Below are positions 36,611 through 46,048 of a stretch of 64,000 nucleotides of DNA, piece after piece (position 1 is the stretch's first letter; each line of letters opens with the position of its first letter). Source of the DNA: Betaproteobacteria bacterium (GTDB lineage: Bacteria > Pseudomonadota > Gammaproteobacteria > Burkholderiales > SG8-41). The translations under genes and the position numbers were made by a program. The notes below the pieces were generated by a model, which had not been told where the DNA came from, made no database searches, and worked only from the letters and a program-made list of their open reading frames with translations. The DNA lies in NCBI GenBank assembly GCA_023266235.1, contig JAHFRL010000007.1, positions 15,007 through 79,006 on the forward strand, given 5' to 3'.

Positions 36611-38104
36611 CTATACTCCGCGCAGCTTGGCAATTGCCATCGAGATCAGCGGCCAGAACAACAGCACCAGCGCCAGCGCGGTGATGCTGCCGACCAGCCG
36701 GTTCGAAAAGAAAATCGCCATGTCGCCCTGCGCCATCAGCATCGACTGGCGGAACGAATCCTCGGCGCGGTCGCCGAGCACCAAGGCCAGCACCAGCGGC
36801 GCCAGCGGGTAATCGAGCTTCTTGAACACGTAACCGACCACGCCGAACATCAGCATGTACCAGATGTCGAGCATCGCACTGTGCACGGTGTAAGCGCCGA
36901 TCGCGCAAATCACGATGATGATCGGCGCGATGATCGAGAACGGCACGCGCAGGATCGCGGCGAACAGCGGCACGCAGGTGAGCACGATGATGAGGCCGGC
37001 GATGTTGCCGAGGTACATGCTCGCGATCAGGCCCCACACGAAATCCTTCTGCTCAACGAACAGCAGCGGACCCGGCTGCAGGCCCCAGATCAAAAGCCCC
37101 CCGAGCAGCACCGCCGCGGTCGGCGAACCGGGGATGCCGAGCGCGAGCATCGGCAACAAGGCGGAAGTGCCGGCGGCGTGCGCGGCGGTTTCCGGCGCCA
37201 CCACGCCTTCGAGCTGACCGCTGCCGAACTTGTCGCCGTCGCGTGACATGCGCTTGGCGATGCCGTAGCTCATGAACGACGCCGGCGTCGCGCCACCCGG
37301 CGTGATCCCCATCCAGCAGCCGATCAGGCAGCTGCGCAACGAAGTCAGCCAGTACTGCGGCAGCTTTTTCCACGTTTCCAGTACGACCTTGGGATTGATG
37401 GTGGCGGTCTTGCCGGTGAACGACAACCCTTCTTCCATCGTCAGCAGGATCTCGCCGATGCCGAACAGACCGATCACCGCGATCAGGAAATCGAAGCCGC
37501 GCATCAGGTCGGTGAAACCGAAAATCAGCCGCAACTGGCCGGTGACGGTGTCCATGCCGACCGCGGCGAGCGCAAAACCGAGCATCATCGCCGCGAGCGT
37601 CTTGAACGGAGAGCCCTTGCCCATGCCGATGAAGCTGCAGAACGTGAGCAAGTAGACCGAGAAGAATTCGGGCGGCCCGAACTGCAGCGCGAATTTGGCG
37701 ACCAGCGGTGCGAGAAAGGTGATCATCACCACCGCGACTAACGCACCGATGAATGAAGAGGTGAACGCGCCGGTCAGCGCTTCGCCGGCGCGCCCCTGCT
37801 GCGCCATCGGATAGCCGTCGAAGGTGGTCGCGACAGACCACGGCTCGCCCGGAATGTTGAACAGCACCGAGGTGATCGCGCCGCCGAACAGCGCGCCCCA
37901 GTAGATGCACGACAGCATGATAATCGCCGAAGTCGGCGGCATCGTGAACGTGAGCGGCAGCAGGATCGCGACGCCGTTGGCGCCGCCGAGACCGGGCAGC
38001 ACGCCGATGATCACGCCGAGCACGATGCCGATCATCATCAACATCAGGTTGAACGGCGTCAGCACCACCGCAAACCCGTGAAATAATGCGTTGACTTCTT
38101 CCAA
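36611..38104 (-). CDS. tctA: tripartite tricarboxylate transporter, large permease TctA
   Basis: 497 aa and polytopic. FHGFAVVLTPFNLMLMMIGIVLGVIIGVLPGLGG is typical of a TctA N-terminus. TTG start at 38104. Confidence 0.85.
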   Translation of the reverse strand: MEEVNALFHGFAVVLTPFNLMLMMIGIVLGVIIGVLPGLGGANGVAILLPLTFTMPPTSAIIMLSCIYWGALFGGAITSVLFNIPGEPWSVATTFDGYPMAQQGRAGEALTGAFTSSFIGALVAVVMITFLAPLVAKFALQFGPPEFFSVYLLTFCSFIGMGKGSPFKTLAAMMLGFALAAVGMDTVTGQLRLIFGFTDLMRGFDFLIAVIGLFGIGEILLTMEEGLSFTGKTATINPKVVLETWKKLPQYWLTSLRSCLIGCWMGITPGGATPASFMSYGIAKRMSRDGDKFGSGQLEGVVAPETAAHAAGTSALLPMLALGIPGSPTAAVLLGGLLIWGLQPGPLLFVEQKDFVWGLIASMYLGNIAGLIIVLTCVPLFAAILRVPFSIIAPIIIVICAIGAYTVHSAMLDIWYMLMFGVVGYVFKKLDYPLAPLVLALVLGDRAEDSFRQSMLMAQGDMAIFFSNRLVGSITALALVLLFWPLISMAIAKLRGV

Positions 38105-38146
38105 TTCCCCCCCTGCCTGACGGATCGCGCCGCGCCTGTCCTGCGA

Positions 38147-38668
38147 TCAATAACCGAGGAAGCGCAGCGGCTCGAGGGAGCCTTTGAACAGCGGCACCTT
38201 GAACCACACTTCGAACATCAGGAACAAACTGACATTGACGGACAAACCGACGGCAACGCTTTTGAACCACGTGTACTTGCCGAGCCATACCATGAACACG
38301 GTGATATAGATCGCGGAGGCGACGTACAGGCCCACATACTGCACGCCGATCACGTAGACCGCCGCCGGGATCAGCACCGTCAGCACCAGCTTGAACGGCC
38401 CCCAAGTGACGAACAATTCGCCATCCTCGGGTTTGGTCAATATCGCCTGCGCCAGGGTCACCAGGCTTGCAATGCAGATCAGAACACCGATGTAGAACGG
38501 AAAGTACCCCGACTGCGGGCCGTCGCTGCCCCATTTCGAGCCCAGCCGGTAGCTGTCGAACGCCACGATCGCGCCCAAGGCAAATACCAGCAATGCAACG
38601 ATGATATCCGCCGTGCGCATCGAGATTCCGGCGCGATCACCGGCGCCGGATTGCTGATTTTCATCCAT
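38147..38668 (-). CDS. tctB: tripartite tricarboxylate transporter, small permease TctB
   Basis: 173 aa with four predicted TM segments, located between tctC and tctA. Confidence 0.75.
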   Translation of the reverse strand: MDENQQSGAGDRAGISMRTADIIVALLVFALGAIVAFDSYRLGSKWGSDGPQSGYFPFYIGVLICIASLVTLAQAILTKPEDGELFVTWGPFKLVLTVLIPAAVYVIGVQYVGLYVASAIYITVFMVWLGKYTWFKSVAVGLSVNVSLFLMFEVWFKVPLFKGSLEPLRFLGY

Positions 38669-38767
38669 CGCAATGATTGAGCTTGGCTGTCACGGCGGCG
38701 CGCGTTACGTCGCGCACGCCAAAGCGAAGACCGCGCGGATCACAACGCACGGCCTTCGCCGGGATCA

Positions 38768-39790
38768 TTATGGTTTGGCCAGGAACCCCGCTTCACGCAT
38801 CAATTCGCGGTGGGTGTTTTCGGCTTTCTCGACCCACTTCGCATATTCGGCGCCGCTCATGAAGGTGGTGTTGAACGCGCCGTCTTCCATGAACTTCTTC
38901 CATTCCGGGGTCTCGCGCACTTTCTTGAACAGGCCCACGTAATAATCGACCTGTTCCTTGGTCACGCCGCCGGACATGAAAATGCCGCGCAGCATCACAT
39001 AATCCATCGGCACCCCGGATTCTTTGCAGGTCGGAATGTCGTACCACGACATGGTGTCGGTGACCTTGTTCTTGTACGGCATGCGCGTGTCGTCAAACAC
39101 GCACAGCGGCCGCAGCTTGCCGGCACGCCACTGCGCCACCGCCTCGATCGGATTGTTGACAGTCGAGTCGACATGCTTGCCGACGAGCTGCACCGCGACG
39201 TCGCCGCCGCCCTTGAACGGCACATAGATAAACTTCACGCCGACGGCTTTCTCGATCGCGACGGTTATGATCTGGTCTTCCTGCTTCGAGCCGGTGCCGG
39301 CCATCTTGAACTTGTTGGGTCCGCCCGCCTTCACCGCGTCGAGATACTCCTTCGCGCTCTTGTACGGCGTTTCGGCATTGACCCACAACACGAACTGGTC
39401 GAGCGCCAGCATCGCCACCGGCGTCAGGTCCTTCCAGTTGAACGGCACGCCGGTTGCCAGCGGCGTGGTGAACAGGTTGGAAAGCGTGATGATGATTTTA
39501 TGCGGTTCGCCTTTCGATTCCTTGACGGCGAGAAAGCCTTCCGCGCCCGCGCCGCCTGATTTGTTGACCACGATCAGGGGCTGTTTCATCAGGTTGTTCT
39601 TGGAAATCACGCCCTGCAGCAAACGCGCCATCTGGTCGGCGCCGCCGCCGGTGCCGGCAGGGACCACGAACTCGACCGGCTTGGTCGGTTCCCAGTCGGC
39701 GGCGGACGCCGCTGGAACCGCCACGGCAAAAGCTCCCGCGCTCAGCGCGCATAGCGTGCGACGCAGCATCAATGCTGAATAATTATACAT
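38768..39790 (-). CDS. tctC: tripartite tricarboxylate transporter substrate-binding protein (TctC/Bug family)
   Basis: Signal peptide, then KPVEFVVPAGTGGGADQMAR. ATG 39790 has AGGAGG upstream. Confidence 0.85.
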   Translation of the reverse strand: MYNYSALMLRRTLCALSAGAFAVAVPAASAADWEPTKPVEFVVPAGTGGGADQMARLLQGVISKNNLMKQPLIVVNKSGGAGAEGFLAVKESKGEPHKIIITLSNLFTTPLATGVPFNWKDLTPVAMLALDQFVLWVNAETPYKSAKEYLDAVKAGGPNKFKMAGTGSKQEDQIITVAIEKAVGVKFIYVPFKGGGDVAVQLVGKHVDSTVNNPIEAVAQWRAGKLRPLCVFDDTRMPYKNKVTDTMSWYDIPTCKESGVPMDYVMLRGIFMSGGVTKEQVDYYVGLFKKVRETPEWKKFMEDGAFNTTFMSGAEYAKWVEKAENTHRELMREAGFLAKP

Positions 39791-39827
39791 ATCACCCTCC
39801 TGAGGTGGTTGTGATGCATTAGCACAT

Positions 39828-39841
39828 TTGACCGCAATCAG
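39828..39841 (-). promoter_or_regulatory. FNR/FixK-type box (one mismatch), promoter-proximal site before tctC
   Basis: The minus strand reads CTGATtgcgGTCAA. It lies 38 nt upstream of the tctC ATG, downstream of the TSS implied by the distal box. Confidence 0.4.
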
Positions 39842-39867
39842 CGGTTCTTGTTGTCAGAACCCGCGTT

Positions 39868-39909
39868 ATCATCCGAAAATCAGCGGCAAAAAACATTGAC
39901 CACAATCAA
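39868..39909 (-). promoter_or_regulatory. FNR/FixK-type box plus weak -10, candidate promoter of the tctCBA-fdxA-fpr-OFOR gene string
   Basis: The minus strand reads TTGATtgtgGTCAA (39909-39896), 22 nt, then GATGAT (39873-39868). TGATAA or GATAAC are alternatives 2-3 nt further on. The spacing is the same as at oxc, fhs and sucC. Confidence 0.45.
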
Positions 39910-39946
39910 TTAATCCGAAATTCGGATACCTGGCACACCTTCCCGG

Positions 39947-40366
39947 TTACTTCACCAGCAGCACCGGCACATCCACCAGATGCAGCACCTTGGTCGCCAC
40001 CGAGCCGAGCAGCATGTTAGCCACCGAGCCCGCGCCGCGGGTGCCCATCACGACCTGCTCGATCTTCAGATCCTTGGCGTATCGCGCGATGGTTTCGCCG
40101 AAATCACCGACGCCGATGTGGTACTCGTACTTGAGACCCGCGGCATCGAGCAGCTTGCGCGCGGGTGCTAGCGCCCTGATGCCTTCGTCGTGATGAAAGC
40201 GCTTTGCCTCTTCTGCCACGCCCTGGATCGTGCCCGGAAACGGATGCTGCACGTTGAGCAGATGGATTTCCAGCGGCTCCTTGTAGTGTGGCGCCTTGCC
40301 GATCACGAATCCAACCGTACGCAGGGAATTCTCGGAACCGTCAATGGGTATCAAAACACGCAGCAT
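39947..40366 (-). CDS. universal stress protein (UspA family)
   Basis: MLRVLIPIDGSENSLR and VVMGTRGAGSVANMLLGSVATKVL. ATG 40366 has GGAGA 7 nt upstream. Confidence 0.85.
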   Translation of the reverse strand: MLRVLIPIDGSENSLRTVGFVIGKAPHYKEPLEIHLLNVQHPFPGTIQGVAEEAKRFHHDEGIRALAPARKLLDAAGLKYEYHIGVGDFGETIARYAKDLKIEQVVMGTRGAGSVANMLLGSVATKVLHLVDVPVLLVK

Positions 40367-40392
40367 AAATGGATCTCCAATTTCGATCGTAT

Positions 40393-41151
40393 TTATTTGT
40401 TCTGCTGTTCTTCGGCGGCGAGATCGACTACTTTCACTTCCGCCTTTTCGGCGCGCGCCGCAAGCCATTTGCCTACTATGACCACGATCACGGCCCCCGC
40501 GATTTGCGCCCAGCTCACTTCGCCGATCAGCGGCACGTGTATCTCCAGCCACGGCATGTTGGCACCGACCCAGTCCACCACTACCGGATCGGTGACCAGC
40601 AGTTCGCCCGCCACTGCGCCGATAAGGGCGGCGCCGATCACGACAATGATCGGATACCGTTCCATCAACTTCATCAGAATCGTCGCGCCGAAAATCACGA
40701 GCGGAATGCTGATCGCGAGTCCCAGCACGAGCAACAGGATGCTGCCTTTCGCCGCAGCGGCCACCGCGACCACGTTGTCGAGGCTCATCACCAGGTCAGC
40801 GACGAGAATGATCTTGATCGCCTTGATCAGGTTATCCGAGCTTTCGATGTCGGCGTCGCCATCTTCGGGCATCAGCAGCTTGACCGCGATCCAGAACAAC
40901 AGCAGCCCACCGATGATCTTGAGGAAGGACAACTTCAGCATTTCGACGGCGATGATGGTGAGGACGATCCGCAACACCACCGCCGCGCCCGCCCCCCAGA
41001 ATATGGCCTTGCCCTGCTGGTGCTTGGGCAGCGAAAGCGCCGCGAGAGCGATGACCACCGCGTTGTCCCCGGACAGGATGATGTTGACCCAGATGATTAC
41101 CCCTAATCCGGTCCAGAAATGCGCTGTCTGTATCTCTGCTATCAAATCCAT
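40393..41151 (-). CDS. TerC-family integral membrane protein
   Basis: MDLIAEIQTAHFWTGLGVIIWVNIILSGDNAVVIALA and LVMSLDNVVAVAAAA. Only the last 252 codons of the 540-aa track ORF are credible, because the rest overlaps fhs. Confidence 0.8.
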   Translation of the reverse strand: MDLIAEIQTAHFWTGLGVIIWVNIILSGDNAVVIALAALSLPKHQQGKAIFWGAGAAVVLRIVLTIIAVEMLKLSFLKIIGGLLLFWIAVKLLMPEDGDADIESSDNLIKAIKIILVADLVMSLDNVVAVAAAAKGSILLLVLGLAISIPLVIFGATILMKLMERYPIIVVIGAALIGAVAGELLVTDPVVVDWVGANMPWLEIHVPLIGEVSWAQIAGAVIVVIVGKWLAARAEKAEVKVVDLAAEEQQNK

Positions 41152-41243
41152 GAAACTTTTCCTCCCCGCCCGACCGCGGTCGGGCCTCCTCGCGCCGTAA
41201 ATGGGGGCCTTATGATACCCGAGCGTCCCGGCGCGCACCATCC

Positions 41244-41275
41244 AAAATAAAACCAGGCCGGCGCTGGCGCCGGCC
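41244..41275 (-). terminator. Rho-independent terminator after fhs
   Basis: Stem GGCCGGCGC / GCGCCGGCC (41256-41275), followed on the minus strand by TGGTTTTATTTT. It lies 8 nt after the fhs stop. Confidence 0.7.
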
Positions 41276-41282
41276 CGGGGGC

Positions 41283-42959
41283 TTAAAACAGCCCGACCAC
41301 CCTGCCCTCGTCGTCGAGGTCGATTTTCTCCGCCGACGGCACCTTGGGGAGTCCCGGCATGGTCATGATGTCGCCGCACACCATGACGACGAATTCCGCG
41401 CCGGCGGCGAGCCGCACTTCGCGCACGTTGATCACGTGGCCGGACGGCGCGGCGCGCAGCTGCGGGTCGGTCGAGAACGAGTACTGTGTCTTGGCGACGC
41501 ACACCGGGTAGTGCCCGTAGCCGTCGTCCTGCAGCTTCCTGATCTGCGCGCGCACCTTGGCGTCGGCGGTCACGTCGGACGCACCGTAGATCTTGGTCGC
41601 GATGGTCTTGATCTTGTCCCACAGCGGCAGCGCGTCTTCGTAGACATACTTGAAATTGGACGGCACCTTCTCGACCAGATCGACCACGGTGCGCGCCACT
41701 TCCTCCGCACCCTTGCCACCGTCGGCCCAGTGCGTCGCCAGAATCACTGGCGCTTCGTGGTGCGCCATTTTTCTCTTGAGCAGCTCGATCTCGGCGGGGG
41801 TGTCGAAGTTGAAACGGTTGATCGAAACCACGCACGGCAGTCCATAGTGGTTGCGTATGTTGTTGACGTGGCGCTCGAGATTGGTAATGCCCTTTTCCAG
41901 CGCCGCGAGGTTCTCCTTGTTGACCTCCTTGAGGTCGACCCCGCCGTGGTATTTGAGCGCGCGCCCCGTCGCCACGATCACCACCGCCGACGGCCGCAGT
42001 CCCGACTTGCGGCATTTGATGTCGATGAACTTCTCGGCGCCGAGATCGGCGCCAAAGCCGGCCTCGGTCACCACGTAATCGGCGAGTTTCAACGCGGTCC
42101 TGGTCGCGATCACCGAATTGCAGCCGTGCGCGATATTGGCGAACGGGCCGCCGTGGATGAACGCCGGATTGTTCTCGAGCGTCTGCACCAGGTTCGGCTG
42201 CAGCGCGTCCTTCAGCAGCACCGTCATCGCGCCATGCACTTTGAGGTCTTTTGCCAGCACCGGTTTCTGGTCGCGCGTGTAGCCGACGACGATGTTGCCG
42301 AGGCGATTCTTCAGATCCTTGAGCGAAGTCGCGAGGCAGAAAATCGCCATCACTTCGGAGGCGACCACGATGTCAAAACCGTCCTGGCGCGGGTAGCCGT
42401 TGCCGGGGCCGCCGAGCGCCACCGTGATATCGCGCAGCGCGCGGTCGTTCATGTCCATCACGCGCTTCCAGGCGATGCGCCGCACGTCGACGCCGAGCGC
42501 GTTGCCGTGGTGGATGTGATTGTCGATTGCCGCCGCGAGCAGATTGTTGGCGAGGCCGATCGCGCTGAAGTCGCCGGTGAAATGCAGGTTGATGTCTTCC
42601 ATCGGCACCACCTGCGCATAGCCGCCGCCGGCGGCGCCGCCCTTCATGCCGAACACCGGCCCGAGGCTCGGCTCGCGCAGGCAGATGATCGCTTTCTTGC
42701 CGATCCTGTTGAGCGCGTCCCCCAGGCCGACCGTGGTCGTGGTCTTGCCTTCGCCTGCCGGCGTCGGTGTGATCGCCGTCACCAGGATCAGCTTGCCGTC
42801 GGGCTTGTCCCCGAGGCTGTCAACGTAGTCGAGCGCCACTTTGGCTTTGTAACGGCCGTAGGGTATGAGGTGCTCTTCGGGAATGCCGAGCTTTTCGGCG
42901 ATCTGGGTGATGCGCTGCATTTTCGCAGCTTGCGCGATTTCAATATCCGATAACGCCAT
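41283..42959 (-). CDS. fhs: formate--tetrahydrofolate ligase
   Basis: [26 protein letters not shown] and [15 protein letters not shown], with full-length similarity to Fhs/FtfL. Confidence 0.95.
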   Translation of the reverse strand: MALSDIEIAQAAKMQRITQIAEKLGIPEEHLIPYGRYKAKVALDYVDSLGDKPDGKLILVTAITPTPAGEGKTTTTVGLGDALNRIGKKAIICLREPSLGPVFGMKGGAAGGGYAQVVPMEDINLHFTGDFSAIGLANNLLAAAIDNHIHHGNALGVDVRRIAWKRVMDMNDRALRDITVALGGPGNGYPRQDGFDIVVASEVMAIFCLATSLKDLKNRLGNIVVGYTRDQKPVLAKDLKVHGAMTVLLKDALQPNLVQTLENNPAFIHGGPFANIAHGCNSVIATRTALKLADYVVTEAGFGADLGAEKFIDIKCRKSGLRPSAVVIVATGRALKYHGGVDLKEVNKENLAALEKGITNLERHVNNIRNHYGLPCVVSINRFNFDTPAEIELLKRKMAHHEAPVILATHWADGGKGAEEVARTVVDLVEKVPSNFKYVYEDALPLWDKIKTIATKIYGASDVTADAKVRAQIRKLQDDGYGHYPVCVAKTQYSFSTDPQLRAAPSGHVINVREVRLAAGAEFVVMVCGDIMTMPGLPKVPSAEKIDLDDEGRVVGLF

Positions 42960-43037
42960 GGCGTCCGTCCTTAATCTGGTTTATGGAACCACGAGATTTA
43001 TTTTTGTGATGCCGCGCGGCCCGCACGCGGAGTCGGG

Positions 43038-43079
43038 AATATAGGCCGCGGCCGGGGCCGCGGCCTTGACCGCAGTCAA
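43038..43079 (-). promoter_or_regulatory. FNR/FixK-type box plus -10 element, candidate class II promoter of fhs
   Basis: The minus strand reads TTGACtgcgGTCAA (43079-43066), a 22-nt spacer (the GC palindrome GGCCGCGGCCCCGGCCGCGGCC), then TATATT (43043-43038). The box centre is about 41.5 nt from the implied TSS. Confidence 0.6.
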
Positions 43080-43146
43080 TTTTACGGGATTCTGCTGGAG
43101 CGTGTCGGCGGCTTGCGCGCGGTACCGGTACCCGGCAGAACCGCAA

Positions 43147-43947
43147 CTACGCGGCGGCGACGCTCTTGGCGGCGAGGTGACTGGTGATGCGCTGCGTGAC
43201 GTCACGCCGCACCTGGTTGAAATCGATCGCCGATACCTCGCGCGGTCGCGCGAGTTCAATGCGGCTATCGTGTTCGATGCGCCCCGGTCCGGCGGTCATC
43301 ACCACGACGCGGTCGGCAAGCACCACCGCTTCCTCGACCGAGTGCGTGACGAAAACGACTGTGGTCTTGGTGCGCCGCCAGATCTCGAGGAGCTCCTGCT
43401 GCATTTGCTCACGAGTGAGCGCGTCAAGCGCGCCGAACGGCTCGTCCATAAGCAGGATGTCGGCGTCGTTCGCCAGCACACGCGCGATCGCGACGCGCTG
43501 TTTCATGCCGCCCGACAGCTGGCTCGGATAGTAATCGGCGAATTTGGTCAGCCCCACCATGTCGGTGTAGCGCACCGCGATTTCATCGAGTTTTTCCTTC
43601 GGCAGGCTGCGCTGCCGGGGGCCGAATCCAATATTTTGCTTGACCGTGAGCCACGGAAACAGCGCGAAATCCTGGAACACCATGCCGCGCTCGGGCCCGG
43701 GTCCGGTTATCGGCGTACCGTACATATTGACTGTACCGGCGGATGCCGTTTCGAATCCGGCAATGATCCTCAGCAGCGTCGACTTGCCGCAGCCGGAGGC
43801 GCCGATCAGACATACGAATTCGCCTTTGTTGATCGTCAGGTTGATATCGCGCAGGGCTTCCACGCTGCCGCTTTTAACGTCAAAGCGCTTGGACACGCGG
43901 TTGACGGTGAGGGTAGGACGCGCCGCTTTCGTCCCCGCATCACTCAT
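43147..43947 (-). CDS. ABC transporter ATP-binding protein (NitT/TauT family)
   Basis: LIGASGCGKSTLLR, LSGGMKQRVAIARVL and ILLMDEPFGALD. ATG 43947 overlaps the permease stop by 8 nt. Confidence 0.85.
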   Translation of the reverse strand: MSDAGTKAARPTLTVNRVSKRFDVKSGSVEALRDINLTINKGEFVCLIGASGCGKSTLLRIIAGFETASAGTVNMYGTPITGPGPERGMVFQDFALFPWLTVKQNIGFGPRQRSLPKEKLDEIAVRYTDMVGLTKFADYYPSQLSGGMKQRVAIARVLANDADILLMDEPFGALDALTREQMQQELLEIWRRTKTTVVFVTHSVEEAVVLADRVVVMTAGPGRIEHDSRIELARPREVSAIDFNQVRRDVTQRITSHLAAKSVAAA

Positions 43948-44812
43948 GGTGCTGGGGACTCCAGGCCAGGACACGGTTATTCAGCATGACGATCAGCCGG
44001 TCGGTCAGGAAACCCAGGACGCCGATCACAATCATGCCCACGATCGCGAGGTCGGTCCGCGACAGCGTGCGCCCATCCATGATCACCGAGCCCAGGCCGG
44101 TCGGCACTCCCGTCATCTCGCCGACCACGATCAAGATCCACGCGAAGCCGTGGCCGAGGCGCAGGCCGTTGAAGATCGCCGGCAGTGACGCGGGCAGCAC
44201 GATCTGGCGGAACATCGCCGACCCGGAGCAGCCGAGCATCGAGGCGGCTTCGAACAGCCGCAGGTCCACCGAGCGCACGCCGAAGATGGTGTTGAGCAGG
44301 ATCGGGTAAAACGCGCCGAGAAACACCAGGAAAATCGCCGCGTTCGGACCCAGCCCGAAGAAAATCATCGAAAGCGGCAGCCAGGCGGTCACGGGGATCG
44401 GCCGCAGCAGCGAAATCGTCGGGTCGAGCAGCTGGCGCACGAGCTTCACCCGCCCGATCATCAGCCCCAAGGGGATGCCCAGCGCCGCGGCGGCGAAGAA
44501 GCCGCCGTACACCCGCTCCATCGACATCAGTATGTGAGTGACGATCGTGCCGCTGAACGCATCGTCGTAAACGCCGCCGAAGCTGAAGTCGTACATCATC
44601 ACGGCGACGTCGCGCGGACTTGGAATCAGCCGCGTGCCCGTGTAGCGCACGGCAAGATCCCATGCGATCACCAGCAAGACCGGAAAGCCGGCGCCCAGCA
44701 CGATGCCGCGGATGCGATCAAGCACGCGCCGCCGCCGCAGCGCGGCGGATGTTTCGTTATGTACCGCCTGGGGAATGCTCTCGGCCAGCGCTTTGTCGGC
44801 CACCTCGTTCAT
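43940..44812 (-). CDS. ABC transporter permease (NitT/TauT family)
   Basis: About 290 aa and polytopic, located between the binding-protein and ATPase genes. The start is ATG 44812. Confidence 0.8.
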   Translation of the reverse strand: MNEVADKALAESIPQAVHNETSAALRRRRVLDRIRGIVLGAGFPVLLVIAWDLAVRYTGTRLIPSPRDVAVMMYDFSFGGVYDDAFSGTIVTHILMSMERVYGGFFAAAALGIPLGLMIGRVKLVRQLLDPTISLLRPIPVTAWLPLSMIFFGLGPNAAIFLVFLGAFYPILLNTIFGVRSVDLRLFEAASMLGCSGSAMFRQIVLPASLPAIFNGLRLGHGFAWILIVVGEMTGVPTGLGSVIMDGRTLSRTDLAIVGMIVIGVLGFLTDRLIVMLNNRVLAWSPQHHE

Positions 44813-44836
44813 CAAGACGTCTCCACCCGCGCGCCC

Positions 44837-45766
44837 CTACTGCACGAACCGGGTGGTGATGTGACGTTTGAGGTCGGGTGACTGGCGGATCTGCTTGTTC
44901 TCGAACATCAGCCTGGTGTAAGCCTGGGCGCGCTGCATGAACACGTCGTCAAGCTTCCAGGCGAGTTCCACGTTCGGAATCGCGAGCTCGATGGACTTGC
45001 GCTGCTGGCCGAGCTTCTGCATCGCGACCTCGATCATCTGCGGCCGGTTCGCCATCGCGTAGTCGACGGCCTTCCGGTGCATATCGACGATCAGCTTGAT
45101 GCGCTCGGGATTCTCTTTGATCGCCTTCTCGCTCGCCGAGAGAATCATGTTGAGCGAGCCGATCGGCGTGGAGTACGGATACTCGACCAGCCGCCCCGTG
45201 CCGTTGGCGAGGCTGATGCCGGGCGCCGGTTCCGCGCCGACGTACGCGTCGATATCGCCGCGCGCGAGCGCCGCGGGGTGGTCGCTGAACATCAGGCGGA
45301 TCGGCTGGATGTCCTTGATCGACATGCCCTCCATCCTGAGCCGCTCGAGGATCACGGCTTCCTGGGTCGAGCCCGGATGGATCGCGACTTTCTTGCCCCT
45401 CAGGTCCTTGATCGTCTTGATGTTGGTATTCACGCCTGCCATCACCGCCATGCCGCCGTTGTTCGCGTTGGCGACGATCACCACCGGCTCGCCCGCTGCC
45501 GCGCCCAGCAGGAATGCGGCGATGCCGTGGATGCAGGTGTCCACGGTGCCGGTGAGAACAGCGTTCTTGCCGTCGGTCGGGCTCTCGAACGGGATCACCT
45601 CGACCGTGTAGCCGGCTGGAACAAACCTCTCGTAGAAGTAGGCCGAGATGCCGTGGATGAGTTTCAGCGTGCCGCATCTAAGGACCTTCTTGTCCTGCGC
45701 GAAAACCATCGGCGCGGCAAATGCAGCCGCCAGGGCCAGCAGCGTGGTTCTGCGTGTCTTGTTCAT
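44837..45766 (-). CDS. ABC transporter substrate-binding protein (NMT1/SsuA/TauA-like)
   Basis: Signal peptide MNKTRRTTLLALAAAFAAPMVFAQ. It is 309 aa and is the first gene of the ABC operon. Confidence 0.75.
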   Translation of the reverse strand: MNKTRRTTLLALAAAFAAPMVFAQDKKVLRCGTLKLIHGISAYFYERFVPAGYTVEVIPFESPTDGKNAVLTGTVDTCIHGIAAFLLGAAAGEPVVIVANANNGGMAVMAGVNTNIKTIKDLRGKKVAIHPGSTQEAVILERLRMEGMSIKDIQPIRLMFSDHPAALARGDIDAYVGAEPAPGISLANGTGRLVEYPYSTPIGSLNMILSASEKAIKENPERIKLIVDMHRKAVDYAMANRPQMIEVAMQKLGQQRKSIELAIPNVELAWKLDDVFMQRAQAYTRLMFENKQIRQSPDLKRHITTRFVQ

Positions 45767-46048
45767 TGCGGTCTCCTCTGGCTAATGATGCGTCAAAACG
45801 TTGCTGTGCGGAATCGCCAGGGCCGGCAACACAACGGGCAAACAATGAGTATTCAGATCGAATAAGGCCCGCGACATGGACACCATCCGCAGCCATCAAT
45901 CAGACCCAAAAGCAACGAGTGTGCCAGTCCCGGCCAACGGCGAAAGAATATACCTTTCCACCTTATTTTGCACCAAGGCAGTGCAACCAAAGCCGTTGCT
46001 GCGCCAGATCGAGGCGTCGCGCACGGCAAGGCCCGGCTTGCGCGCAGG

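Noticed and set aside
41152-41243. yybP-ykoY (Mn) riboswitch or an FNR-type box in the TerC leader; palindrome GCCCGACCGCGGTCGGGC at about 41168-41185
   Set aside because: After the fhs terminator the leader is only about 90 nt, too short for the riboswitch as I remember it, and I saw no conserved riboswitch segments. The palindrome core CGAC-N4-GTCG has changes at the outer bases of both half-sites relative to TTGAC-N4-GTCAA, so I did not count it as a box.
41152-42015. N-terminal 288 codons of the 540-aa minus-strand ORF 40393..42015, and the 493-aa ORF 37053..38534
   Set aside because: The first is an out-of-frame read-through across fhs and the fhs terminator. Only the TerC part from ATG 41151 is protein-like. 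The second is an alternative frame over tctA/tctB with an Arg/Gly/Ala-rich, non-membrane sequence.
45767-46048. TPP (THI-box) riboswitch upstream of the NMT1/THI5-like binding-protein gene
   Set aside because: I looked on the minus strand for the conserved CUGAGA and ACCUGAUCUGGAUAAUGCCAGCG-like elements and found neither. An Infernal scan with Rfam models would settle it.
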